From: a candidate division WOR-3 bacterium
GTDB taxonomy: Bacteria > Hydrothermota > Hydrothermia > JBDRYB01
NCBI GenBank assembly: GCA_039803205.1
Contig: JBDRYB010000031.1
Coordinates: 1 to 20,468 of the forward strand
Direction: 5' to 3'
DNA length: 20,468 nt
In this document: positions 7,307 through 16,192 of the stretch, in pieces
Layout of the letters: each line of letters begins with the position of its first letter
How positions within the stretch are numbered: the first letter of the stretch is position 1
Notes under the pieces: generated by a model
Told to the model about the DNA's origin: nothing
The model's database searches: none
The model's input: the letters and a program-made list of their open reading frames with translations, nothing else
Made by a program: the position numbers and the translations under genes

Positions 7307-9612
7307 GAGATCTGCTTGCACAGCGCGTCGTTTTCCTTGACGGGGCGACGGGAACGGAGCTCATGAAGAGAGGGCTTCCTCCTGGTGTTTCCCCTGAGCT
7401 CTGGGCATCAGAGCATCCGGATGCAATGCGCGCGATCCACAGGGCATATCTTGAAGCCGGGGCGGATGTTATTCTGACGAATACCTTCGGGGCAAACAGG
7501 GCAAAGCTCGGGGGGCATGAGCTCGTTCAGAAGATAAACGGCCTGATGGTGCAGCTCGCTCTCAGTGAGACAGGGGACAAGGCTATAGTTGCCGCAAGCA
7601 TTGGCCCCACTGGGCTACTCATTTATCCTGAGGGGCCCCTTAGGTTTTCGGAGGCTTACGAAATATACAGAGAGCAGGCAGAGGCCCTTTTCAAAGCTGG
7701 AATAGATGTCTTCTTTCTTGAGACATTCATGGACATTAGGGAGCTCAGGGCCGCGGCCATCGCAGTGAGGGATGTTTGTCCTCACGGGTTCATATCGGTT
7801 CAGATGACATTTGACCAAGGGGGCCTGTCCCTAACGGGAACGAGCCCCGCGGCATTAGCCCTCCTGGCAGAGCAATTGGCCGTGGATGCTGTTGGGGTCA
7901 ATTGCAGTCTCGGCCCAGAAGGGGTTCTCCCCATAGTTCAGGAGATCGCCAGATACACGGGGAAGTTCATCGTGGCCGAGCCAAACGCCGGCCTCCCCGT
8001 GAACGGGAGGTATCCCATGGGACCAGAGGAGTTCTCAGGGTGGGCAGAGGATCTAGCGTGGGCTGGCGCTAACATCATAGGCGGTTGCTGTGGCACAACC
8101 CCCGAACACATCAGGGAATTCGTTAGGCTTATAGGCCACAGGCCTCCACAGAAAAGGGAAATATCGTGTATCTGCGCCCTGACATCGCTTGACAGGGTTG
8201 CGGTGCTAGGAAAGGGAACCCTCGCTGTTGGGGAATCCTTAAACCCAACCGGAAGGCCGTCCCTCCAGAAGGCAATAAGGGAAGGGGATGCGGATCCCGT
8301 AATCTCCTTGGCCCGTGCCCAGGAGCGGGCGGATGCCATTGATGTGAACCTCGGGCTTGAGAGGATGATTCCAGAAGGGTTTGTCAGAGAGGTTTTCTCC
8401 AGGCTGAGCTCTGGGCCTCCGGTTCTGGTGGACCTTTCGGAACCGGATCTCATCAGAGAGGCTTTTGAGAACCTGGCCGGGATAAGCGTTCTGAACTCCC
8501 TTACGGCTACCGAAAGGGACATTTCGGAGAAGATCGGGATACCTCTCAGATACGGAGGGTTTGCTGTGCTTCTCCCCATTGACGAGGAGGGGCTTGGCGA
8601 AACAACCCCCGAAAGGATAGCGAAGATAAGGCGTGGGATCAGGATCCTTGAGGAGCACAACTTCCCCGTATGGAGGGTGATAGCGGATCCCGCGGTGAGG
8701 CCGGTGGGCACCGGTTCTGACCCCACAATAACCCTAAAAACCCTGGAGGAGCTCAAGCGCATCGGGCTTCTGACCATAGCGGGCGTCTCAAACATCTCCC
8801 ACGGGTTGCCAGCCAGACAAGGGGTAAACTCAGCTATGTTATCGGCCCTCGTTCAGAGGGGGCTTGATCTGGCAATAATTGATGTCTGCTCCCCGGTAGT
8901 TATGGAGACCCTCGCGGGGGCTCGCGTTCTCTTTCAGGGATGGGAAACAGCTGAGACCTTCCACGAACACCTGAAAGTCTCAGGAGATCCGGCCGATGAG
9001 CTCTTTTCTGGGATACTAGCCGGGGACAAGCGCTTGGTCCGAGAAAGGGCTCAGGAGCTCCTGAAAATGGGCGTGGACGCCAAGGATATAATAAAAAGAT
9101 GCCTTTCCCCTGCCATGGAGCGGATTGGCCAGCTCTACGAGCAGAAGAAGGCATTTCTGCCCCATCTCGTTAGGTCGGCCGAGGCCGCTGAGGCGCTCAT
9201 GGCTGAGCTGGAGTCCCACATTCGCGCGAGCGAAACGGAGACAAGGGGAACTGTTGTGATCGCGACGGTCAGGGGGGATGTCCACGATATCGGCAAGAAC
9301 CTCGTTGCCCTGTTTCTAAGGAACTCCGGCTTCAGGGTGATAGATCTGGGGAGGGATGTGCCGGCCGAGAGAATAGTCCAGTCCGCTATAGATGAGAAAG
9401 CTGATATAATCGCCTTGTCTGCCCTGATGAGCACGACAGCCCCGCGCATGGAGGAGGTCATAAAGCTGGTCAAGGATAGGGTGATTCCGGTCAAAGTTAT
9501 GGTGGGAGGCGCTGTGGTAACCGAGGATTTTGCTAGGGCAATAGGAGCGGATGGATACGGAAAGGACGCGTATGAAGCGGTTAGGGTAGCGCAATCCTTG
9601 GTTCAATCGTGA
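7285..9612 (+). CDS. metH: Cobalamin-dependent methionine synthase, split type lacking the C-terminal reactivation domain
   Basis: HMT domain (DGATGT, TNTFGAN, GVNC, PNAGLP, GGCCGTTPEHI), pterin-binding domain (GESLNPTG, IDVNLG, GVSNISHGLP), cap (FLPHL) and B12-binding motifs GDVHDIGKNLV, SALMSTT and VGGA. Confidence 0.95.
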   Translation: MEKANRLRDLLAQRVVFLDGATGTELMKRGLPPGVSPELWASEHPDAMRAIHRAYLEAGADVILTNTFGANRAKLGGHELVQKINGLMVQLALSETGDKAIVAASIGPTGLLIYPEGPLRFSEAYEIYREQAEALFKAGIDVFFLETFMDIRELRAAAIAVRDVCPHGFISVQMTFDQGGLSLTGTSPAALALLAEQLAVDAVGVNCSLGPEGVLPIVQEIARYTGKFIVAEPNAGLPVNGRYPMGPEEFSGWAEDLAWAGANIIGGCCGTTPEHIREFVRLIGHRPPQKREISCICALTSLDRVAVLGKGTLAVGESLNPTGRPSLQKAIREGDADPVISLARAQERADAIDVNLGLERMIPEGFVREVFSRLSSGPPVLVDLSEPDLIREAFENLAGISVLNSLTATERDISEKIGIPLRYGGFAVLLPIDEEGLGETTPERIAKIRRGIRILEEHNFPVWRVIADPAVRPVGTGSDPTITLKTLEELKRIGLLTIAGVSNISHGLPARQGVNSAMLSALVQRGLDLAIIDVCSPVVMETLAGARVLFQGWETAETFHEHLKVSGDPADELFSGILAGDKRLVRERAQELLKMGVDAKDIIKRCLSPAMERIGQLYEQKKAFLPHLVRSAEAAEALMAELESHIRASETETRGTVVIATVRGDVHDIGKNLVALFLRNSGFRVIDLGRDVPAERIVQSAIDEKADIIALSALMSTTAPRMEEVIKLVKDRVIPVKVMVGGAVVTEDFARAIGADGYGKDAYEAVRVAQSLVQS

Positions 9613-9683
9613 ATCCGAAACCCGGAGGGCATCTTTTTTAGCCGGAACAGCAACGGATGACCTCCAACCATTATAATTTCCCC

Positions 9684-11402
9684 GTGCGCTTTCCCAATAT
9701 CAGGAGCTTTCTGGTTTTCCTTGAAAAAAAAGGGCAGCTGGCGCGGATCATGGTTCCGGTTGACCCGGTCCTAGAGATAACCGAGATAGCCTCAAGGGTC
9801 ATGGAACAGGGAGGCCCAGCGCTTCTTTTTGAGAATCCTACGGGTTCAAGGTTCCCGGTCGCGATAAACCTGTTTGGCACCAAGGAACGCCTCATGTGGG
9901 CAATAGGTGGAAGAGAGCCTGAGGAGATAGGGGAGGAAATATTCTCTCTCATCAAGTCCGGACCCGATCTCAAGATGTTATACAGGTCTCTGGCAGTTGC
10001 TAAGAGGGTCCTTTCCATGAAGCCGAAACCGGGCCGCGCCCGTTTCAGCCTGAGCGTAGCAAGCATTGAAGAGCTGCCAGTCCTCAAGTGCTGGCCTCGG
10101 GATGGGGGAAGGTTTTTCACATTGCCCATAGTGAGGACTGAGGACCCGGAGACCGGAATAGGAAACTGTGGCATGTATAGACTTCAGGTCTATTCCGCTA
10201 CGACAACAGGGATGCACTGGCATCCTCACAGGGGAGGAGCCCTGCACTACGCTAAAGCGGAGAAAGCGGGAAAACCTCTTCCGGTTGCCGTGGCCCTCGG
10301 CGGGCCACCAGCTCTAATCTTTGCCACAGTGGCACCCTTGCCCCAGGACATTGACGAGTATCTCCTTGCAGGGTGGCTCATGCGCGAGCCCCTTAGGGTA
10401 TCAAGGCTACCGAACGGGCTTTCGGTTCCCTCTGAGGCTGATTTCGTCATGTGGGGATATGTTCCTCCTGGGGAACGCAAGACCGAGGGGCCTTTTGGGG
10501 ATCACTTCGGATATTATTCACTGGAGAGAGATTTCCCGGTGTTTCACATACAGGGGATAATGGCAAGGCCTGATGCCGTGTATCCAGCGACGATAGTGGG
10601 AAAACCCCCTAAGGAGGATGGTGTAATAGGAAAGGCAATAGAGAGGATGTTCACCCCTCTTCTCAGGCTTCAGGTTCCGGAGCTCGTGGAGCTGAACACT
10701 CCCCTTGAATCAGGGTTTCACAACCTCGGGATAGCGTCAGCGAGGCTGAATTTCCCCCGCGCGGGGGTAAAGGTCGCTCTCGCTCTTTGGGGCCTCGGGC
10801 CTATGGCTCTCACTAAGACCCTCATAGTTGTTGATGATTCAGTAGATCCCCACAACCTATCCGGTGTCTGGCGGGCAATCTCGGATAATTTTTTGCCCTC
10901 CGAGGACCTGATCCTGGTTCCCGAGGGGCCCGCGGATACCCTTGACATATCATCCCCCTATCCGGACCGGGGCTCAAAGATGGCACTGGACGCGACCGAG
11001 AAACCCTGGCGAGGCGCTCTCAGGTGGGAACAGGCAGAATTGCCCGGCATAACCCACAGGTGGGAATCCGGGGTTTTGTTTGTCTCAACGGAGAAAAGGG
11101 GGCCTGGTCAGGCAAAGCGCCTCATTCACCAGATCTGGGCAAAGGTGAGGCCCCGGCTCGCTTTCATAACCGATTCGGATGTGGACATATTCTCCGATAC
11201 GGACCTCCTATGGGGGGTATTTTCAAGGTTTGACCCGCGGAGGGACTCCGTGGTCTCAGATGACGGGGTCTCTCTAGCTGTTGATGCTACTAGAAAGCTC
11301 TCGGAGGAGGGGCATGAGAGGCAGTGGCCGGAAGCGGTTGAGATGTCCGACGAGATAAAAGAAAGGGTGGACAAGCGGTGGCCAGAATACGGTATAATAT
11401 GA
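9684..11402 (+). CDS. ubiD: UbiD-family prFMN-dependent decarboxylase (possibly the menaquinone/futalosine-pathway type)
   Basis: Motifs GPALLFEN, NLFGT, WPRDGGRF, NCGMYRLQV, EGPFGDHFGYY and GKPPKED, with two C-terminal VDDSVD/TDSDVD...DAT.K units. The likely start is GTG 9684, 6 nt after TATAAT; the ORF is open from 9657. Confidence 0.92.
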   Translation: MRFPNIRSFLVFLEKKGQLARIMVPVDPVLEITEIASRVMEQGGPALLFENPTGSRFPVAINLFGTKERLMWAIGGREPEEIGEEIFSLIKSGPDLKMLYRSLAVAKRVLSMKPKPGRARFSLSVASIEELPVLKCWPRDGGRFFTLPIVRTEDPETGIGNCGMYRLQVYSATTTGMHWHPHRGGALHYAKAEKAGKPLPVAVALGGPPALIFATVAPLPQDIDEYLLAGWLMREPLRVSRLPNGLSVPSEADFVMWGYVPPGERKTEGPFGDHFGYYSLERDFPVFHIQGIMARPDAVYPATIVGKPPKEDGVIGKAIERMFTPLLRLQVPELVELNTPLESGFHNLGIASARLNFPRAGVKVALALWGLGPMALTKTLIVVDDSVDPHNLSGVWRAISDNFLPSEDLILVPEGPADTLDISSPYPDRGSKMALDATEKPWRGALRWEQAELPGITHRWESGVLFVSTEKRGPGQAKRLIHQIWAKVRPRLAFITDSDVDIFSDTDLLWGVFSRFDPRRDSVVSDDGVSLAVDATRKLSEEGHERQWPEAVEMSDEIKERVDKRWPEYGII

Positions 11403-11407
11403 GCCTA

Positions 11408-12862
11408 ATGTTCGGATCCGACAAGGCTTTGAGGTGGGTTTTCCTTGGGTTTCTGGTCATGTGGTTTGCCGTGAATCTCCTCACCCTTTCCTGGTATCCC
11501 TCGCTAACAATATCTCCGGATGAGGCGTGGATGGCGGATGTTGGCCTTGGTTTTCTCAAATCCGGCCTGGTTAAGACCACCATGTTCCCGGGCACAAGCC
11601 TCAACGAGGTAGGCTACGGCATCCTCAGCTTTCCGATATACGCAGGTTCCCTGGCTATCAGTTTTAAGATATTCGGCATAACCCCGTTCTCAGCGAGGCT
11701 CGTTTCCCTGGCCGGCGGTCTACTCATGCTCATCTCCGTTTATCTCATTGCCAGGAGGCTTTGGTCAGAGAAGGTCGGGATGCTCGCCGCTGTAGTGATG
11801 GGGCTTTCCGGCGCCTTTGTTCTGGTATCGCATGTCGTGAGGCCGGAGCCTCTGCTTACGGGTATTTTGGGCTTTGCCCTCTACTCGGCATTGAGGGCAA
11901 GAGAGGGTCGGGCATGGGCAATAGCGTGCGGGTTACTGACCGGACTCCTTCCCCTCACATACACAACGGGCGCGATCCTCGCGCTGGGCGTTTTGGTCCT
12001 TCTCTTGTTCACGAGGCCCTGGAGGGCCTTGATCTGGTTCTTCGTTGGCCTGGTGATTCCGGTGGGCTTCCTCCTCTTCTATAACATCATTCCCCATATC
12101 AGCCATCCCCCGAGATCGGATGTTCAGGAGGGATACATTGAGGGCTTCATCCCCTTTCTCATCTTCAGGGAACCCGGATACGCGATTCACCTTTACCTTC
12201 AGAACCTCATATTCAGAAACCTCCACTGCATCATAGGGGTGCCCGCTGATAACAGGACATTCTACTTCGTCTCTTCCATAGCAGGGGCTATCGGTGTAGT
12301 GTTTTCGGTATACTATTGGTTCAAAGAACAAAGGCCTCTCATCCTGTTTTTCCTTGCAAGCCTTGTTCTAATGGCTTTCTTCCCCAGGGGCATCGCCGTT
12401 TCCCACAGCTTTCTCGGCATAGCTACCCTTTTCTATCCCGTGCTTTTTCCTGTTTTCGCCGGAGTGCTCCTGGAGCCCTTCTGGAAGGGTAAGTGGATCG
12501 TGTGGCTCATGGCCTTCATCGTGATAATGGAGGATGTGCGTCTTGCAAAACAGGTTCTCTCAGATAGGAAAACGAACATCACCCTAACAGCGGCCATGGA
12601 GGAGATGATGAGTGCCGCGGGGGACTCGGCAGTAGTTGATAGGAGCCTTTGGTGGTGGGCCGCGCCCGGAAGGGTCAGGATCCCACACTCTTTTTACCGA
12701 GGCAACGATACCTCTTTTGTTGGTATGCCCGGCCTCTTCACGAGCCCGCTGAGAGACTCTTCTTACAGGCTTGAGAAAAAGATGGCGGTTCAAATGAGGT
12801 TTCCGGAGGCTCAGACCTGGTTTGAGCTTGATACAATGTATCTTTATGTTCCCTCTAAGTAA
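11408..12862 (+). CDS. ArnT/PMT-like (GT-C fold) integral membrane glycosyltransferase
   Basis: Many hydrophobic segments, a DE motif (SPDEAW) after TM1, FGITPFSARLVS and RPE. Start ATG 11408 (alternatively 11399). Confidence 0.85.
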   Translation: MFGSDKALRWVFLGFLVMWFAVNLLTLSWYPSLTISPDEAWMADVGLGFLKSGLVKTTMFPGTSLNEVGYGILSFPIYAGSLAISFKIFGITPFSARLVSLAGGLLMLISVYLIARRLWSEKVGMLAAVVMGLSGAFVLVSHVVRPEPLLTGILGFALYSALRAREGRAWAIACGLLTGLLPLTYTTGAILALGVLVLLLFTRPWRALIWFFVGLVIPVGFLLFYNIIPHISHPPRSDVQEGYIEGFIPFLIFREPGYAIHLYLQNLIFRNLHCIIGVPADNRTFYFVSSIAGAIGVVFSVYYWFKEQRPLILFFLASLVLMAFFPRGIAVSHSFLGIATLFYPVLFPVFAGVLLEPFWKGKWIVWLMAFIVIMEDVRLAKQVLSDRKTNITLTAAMEEMMSAAGDSAVVDRSLWWWAAPGRVRIPHSFYRGNDTSFVGMPGLFTSPLRDSSYRLEKKMAVQMRFPEAQTWFELDTMYLYVPSK

Positions 12863-13835
12863 GACAAACTTCCCGGTATAACCTCATGTATTCCTCAGCT
12901 ACCCGCTGGGCCGAAAACCAACCTGCCCAGGCCCTCAGCGCATCCCGAGGCGGGGGGTTCCGCATGATTCCGAGTATCTTGGTGGCAAGGGCTTCGTGAT
13001 CCTCCGGATCAACAACCAGCTCCGGGAACTCCTTCCGAGCGTATTCCGAGGCCCCAGATCCCTTTGAGACCAGAAAAGGCTTTCCAAGAGCCGCTGCCTC
13101 AACAACTGGCAGGCCGAATGTCTCGTAATCAGAGGTGTTGAGGACCAGCTCCGCTTCAGCATAGGCGCCTATGAGCGTTCTCGTGAGAAGGGGCTTGGAC
13201 CAGATGACCCCTGGGGGTTTCGGGCCCTGCTCCTCTGATATTACCACCAAACTGATGCGGGGTATTCGGTCTCTTACCATTTCAAAGGCTCTAAGGGCAT
13301 GGGCGAGCCCCTTTGTTGGCCCTGAACCAGGGAAAAGTATGTATGGCCTCGGAAAACCAGGGTCCTCTGGCTCGCTCTCCAGGAGAGCGGGATCAATAGG
13401 GGGCGGGATAACAATTACCTTGTTATCCGCAAAAGGATACTCCCCTCCTATCCTTTGACGCAGGGTCTCCGATACGGCCACAGTGAACCTCGCCCTTCTC
13501 AAGAGAAGCCTCTCAGCCCATAGAAGCCTCACCGGATAACGGTATCCGAGCCTCATCTCGCCGGCTACCGTTCCGTGGGCAGTATACAAGAGCCTACTGC
13601 CAGCTCTCAGCGCGGCAGCCACAGGCTCAAGGAAGGAGACCCCTGATACATGATATATATCGTATCTTCCTAGGCAAGCGAGAACCCTAGAGAGCTTGCT
13701 TTCCTCTCTCAGGCTTATGTGTGTGAGATCAACCAGGCCCTTTATTCCGGAAACGAAACCCCTCGCGAAGCGTTGGGGGCCTGATGGCGTATCGCCGGTT
13801 CCGGGGTCGGAGAGGAAGAGAACCTTTATACTCAT
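12855..13835 (-). CDS. GT4 family glycosyltransferase
   Basis: Motifs YTAHG, AVSE, KGL and the E-x7-E signature ETFGLPVVEAAALGKP. The ATG overlaps the upstream stop (ATGA). Confidence 0.92.
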   Translation of the reverse strand: MSIKVLFLSDPGTGDTPSGPQRFARGFVSGIKGLVDLTHISLREESKLSRVLACLGRYDIYHVSGVSFLEPVAAALRAGSRLLYTAHGTVAGEMRLGYRYPVRLLWAERLLLRRARFTVAVSETLRQRIGGEYPFADNKVIVIPPPIDPALLESEPEDPGFPRPYILFPGSGPTKGLAHALRAFEMVRDRIPRISLVVISEEQGPKPPGVIWSKPLLTRTLIGAYAEAELVLNTSDYETFGLPVVEAAALGKPFLVSKGSGASEYARKEFPELVVDPEDHEALATKILGIMRNPPPRDALRAWAGWFSAQRVAEEYMRLYREVCLT

Positions 13836-14773
13836 TCGGCTCCAACGATAAACTCGTAGGTCTTTTCCACGTCTGGAATAGTCTGATAAATTTTCCTTAT
13901 GGGTTCTAATCTTGCTGAATAATAAAAAATGGCATCCTGGATCATATCTTCAAGCAAGTTTATAACAAAGAGAGCATATCTCGTTTCGTCAATAGGGCTA
14001 AGGTCCTTGCATGAGGAATACGAACCGTCATCCTTAGCGCATTGCTGGATCCTGTCTATAAGAGTCCTAATTGCCTTGACCACTTCCTTCAGCTCATTTG
14101 CTTTGAGGTCAACCTTGGAATAAAGGAAATCAAGGCAGTAGGTTATTTTGAAGATCTCTTCAAGGGTATTTTCTGGCCCAATAAAACTGATCAGATACAC
14201 AATCCACAAAGCCGCGTTCTCAGGAACCTCACCCATATGGTCCAGAATGAAACATATACGGAAGAAGCTTTCAAGGTCTCTTGGAGCTATCCTAAGTAAC
14301 CTTTCTTTGTCAACCACGGCTTGGAGAATGTGAGAGAGCCTTTGGCGCGTGATGGTCAACAAATTGTGCTGAAATTCCAGAATAAAGTTCTTGGTATCTA
14401 TAAGCTTGCAGAGGGAGGCTAAAGTTTTATCCGATTTCAAAATCTTCTCAAACCTCTCAGCCGGAACTCTGAAGGCATAGCTCCTCCAGGCCTCAACCAT
14501 GCCATATCGACCGTTCTTCACGATCCAGTCAGGTTTGAATATCGCGTACTTCAGCAGGGGCTTGTGAATATATACGAACAACTTATTTTTAATTGGACAG
14601 CGCCTGTTGCCTATCTTCTTCGCCACCTTTGAAACCTTGAAGTCGTAGAAACTCAGTTCCCTAGCCTCAAGTTCCGCGATGGCCTTGCGTTTCATATCTC
14701 GGCGGTATTCAAGATAGGTTCTGGATTTTATGTCGCTTGATTGCGCGTAAGATGTTTTCGGATCGCGTTTCAT
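13832..14773 (-). CDS. Uncharacterised protein coupled to the DNA methyltransferase (candidate restriction or effector partner)
   Basis: 313-aa ORF from ATG 14773 (ATGA overlap with the MTase stop), visibly more AT-rich than flanking genes, with a basic N-terminal half and a helical C-terminal half. The function is inferred from position only. Confidence 0.65.
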   Translation of the reverse strand: MKRDPKTSYAQSSDIKSRTYLEYRRDMKRKAIAELEARELSFYDFKVSKVAKKIGNRRCPIKNKLFVYIHKPLLKYAIFKPDWIVKNGRYGMVEAWRSYAFRVPAERFEKILKSDKTLASLCKLIDTKNFILEFQHNLLTITRQRLSHILQAVVDKERLLRIAPRDLESFFRICFILDHMGEVPENAALWIVYLISFIGPENTLEEIFKITYCLDFLYSKVDLKANELKEVVKAIRTLIDRIQQCAKDDGSYSSCKDLSPIDETRYALFVINLLEDMIQDAIFYYSARLEPIRKIYQTIPDVEKTYEFIVGAE

Positions 14774-15816
14774 TTCCAAAGCTTTGGCTGGTAGTTTTTC
14801 AAGGCTTTTATGGCCACTTCCGCTATCTCAGGGTTTATCTCGTAACCAACCCCGTTTCTGCCTAAATCAGCCGCGGCCAGAAGGGTTGTACCTGAACCCA
14901 GAAACGGGTCAAGCACGGTCTCGCCCACATAGCTGTAGGCCTTTATCAGTCGGTATGGCAACTCATAGGGAAACGGGGCAACATGTGAGCGTCTATCACC
15001 TGAACCCTGCGGCTTTATTACCCACACATCGCTCTTTTTCAACTCAATCCAGAAGGCCTTATCTAACTTTGAGGCTTCTTTTTGCTCCTTTGTGAGATGT
15101 GCATACTTCTGATAGCCTTTTGGCGCTGGTTTCTCAAACTCAAGGATGAACTCATGGTTGTAATTTATCAGAATACCTCCAGGATATGGATATGTGCCGA
15201 AGTGGGCCCGGACCGAGTTGGTCTTCTGCCAGACTATATCCCTTCTGAATATGAACCCAAGATTCTCGCAAATGTCTATTGTTTTTCCGACCAGGTTAAG
15301 GGTCCTGAAACCATTTTCCAACCTCACCGGAAGATTCATTATGTTGATAAAAGCCTTCCGGCCGGGCTGAAGAACCCTGAGAACCTCCGCCCAGACCTTG
15401 CCTATCTCGGAGAACCAGTCTTCTATGTCGTGAATATCAGCCAGATCCCCAGCAACGGGTTCCGTTGAGTACATCTTGGCGTTGAAATAAGGCGGAGATG
15501 TGATCATTAGGTGAACCGAGTTGTCCGGAAGTTCATCCATTCGTCGGGAGCTCTTCAGGTAAACCCTTTGCGTTGTGCCTGATAGATCAAAGGAGTTTTC
15601 TACAGGAAGCTGGGGTCTGTCTCTTTCTGTTTTTCTATCGGATTCCAGGTATTTTTTTAAATCCTCAAGCCTGAAACGCATCTGTCCGGAGGCCGCGCGT
15701 GTAAAGGGCAGCTTTCCCTCCCTTGCAAGACAATGAACAAGGGCCACGGTGAGACCAAGGAATCTCGCAGCCTCCGCAGCTGAGAGGTATGATCTGGTCT
15801 TGTAATCCTCTATCAT
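14770..15816 (-). CDS. HTH (excisionase/MerR-like)-fused beta-class N4/N6 site-specific DNA methyltransferase
   Basis: N-terminal YLSAAEAARFLGL...AREGKLPFTRAASGQMRFRLEDL (HTH_17-like). Catalytic motif IV TSPPY precedes HVAPFP and motif I VLDPFLGSGTT...GYEIN, the beta order. ATG 15816 lies 6 nt after TATAAT. Confidence 0.92.
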   Translation of the reverse strand: MIEDYKTRSYLSAAEAARFLGLTVALVHCLAREGKLPFTRAASGQMRFRLEDLKKYLESDRKTERDRPQLPVENSFDLSGTTQRVYLKSSRRMDELPDNSVHLMITSPPYFNAKMYSTEPVAGDLADIHDIEDWFSEIGKVWAEVLRVLQPGRKAFINIMNLPVRLENGFRTLNLVGKTIDICENLGFIFRRDIVWQKTNSVRAHFGTYPYPGGILINYNHEFILEFEKPAPKGYQKYAHLTKEQKEASKLDKAFWIELKKSDVWVIKPQGSGDRRSHVAPFPYELPYRLIKAYSYVGETVLDPFLGSGTTLLAAADLGRNGVGYEINPEIAEVAIKALKNYQPKLWK

Positions 15817-15832
15817 GGCCGCATTATAATGC

Positions 15833-16192
15833 CTACAGATTCCCCAGCGCCTCCCGGAGCACATCCACTGACAGGGTAGCGCAGGCCCTCCTTGCCTCTG
15901 ATATGCCTCCTAGCTCCTTAACTATATCATCGTGGGTGAGGCTAAGGGCCTCGGATATGCTTTTGCCCAAGACCATATCCGCCAGAATATCAGCCGCGGC
16001 CCTTGATATAGCGCAACCACGAGCATCGTGCTTTATATCCGAGATCCTGTCGCCCTCCAACTTAATGTAGTATGTTAACTCGTCTCCGCAGGAGGGATTC
16101 CCCGAATCGCCTATAACAGTTGGATCCTCAATCCTCCCAGCGTGTCTGGGCTCCTTGATGTGCTCCATCACCTTCTCAGGATATATGTTCAT
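15833..16192 (-). CDS. NifU_N-family Fe-S scaffold / sulfur-acceptor protein (SufU/IscU-like)
   Basis: Three conserved Cys in NPSCGD, GCAISRA and RACA. ATGA overlap with sufS. Confidence 0.92.
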   Translation of the reverse strand: MNIYPEKVMEHIKEPRHAGRIEDPTVIGDSGNPSCGDELTYYIKLEGDRISDIKHDARGCAISRAAADILADMVLGKSISEALSLTHDDIVKELGGISEARRACATLSVDVLREALGNL

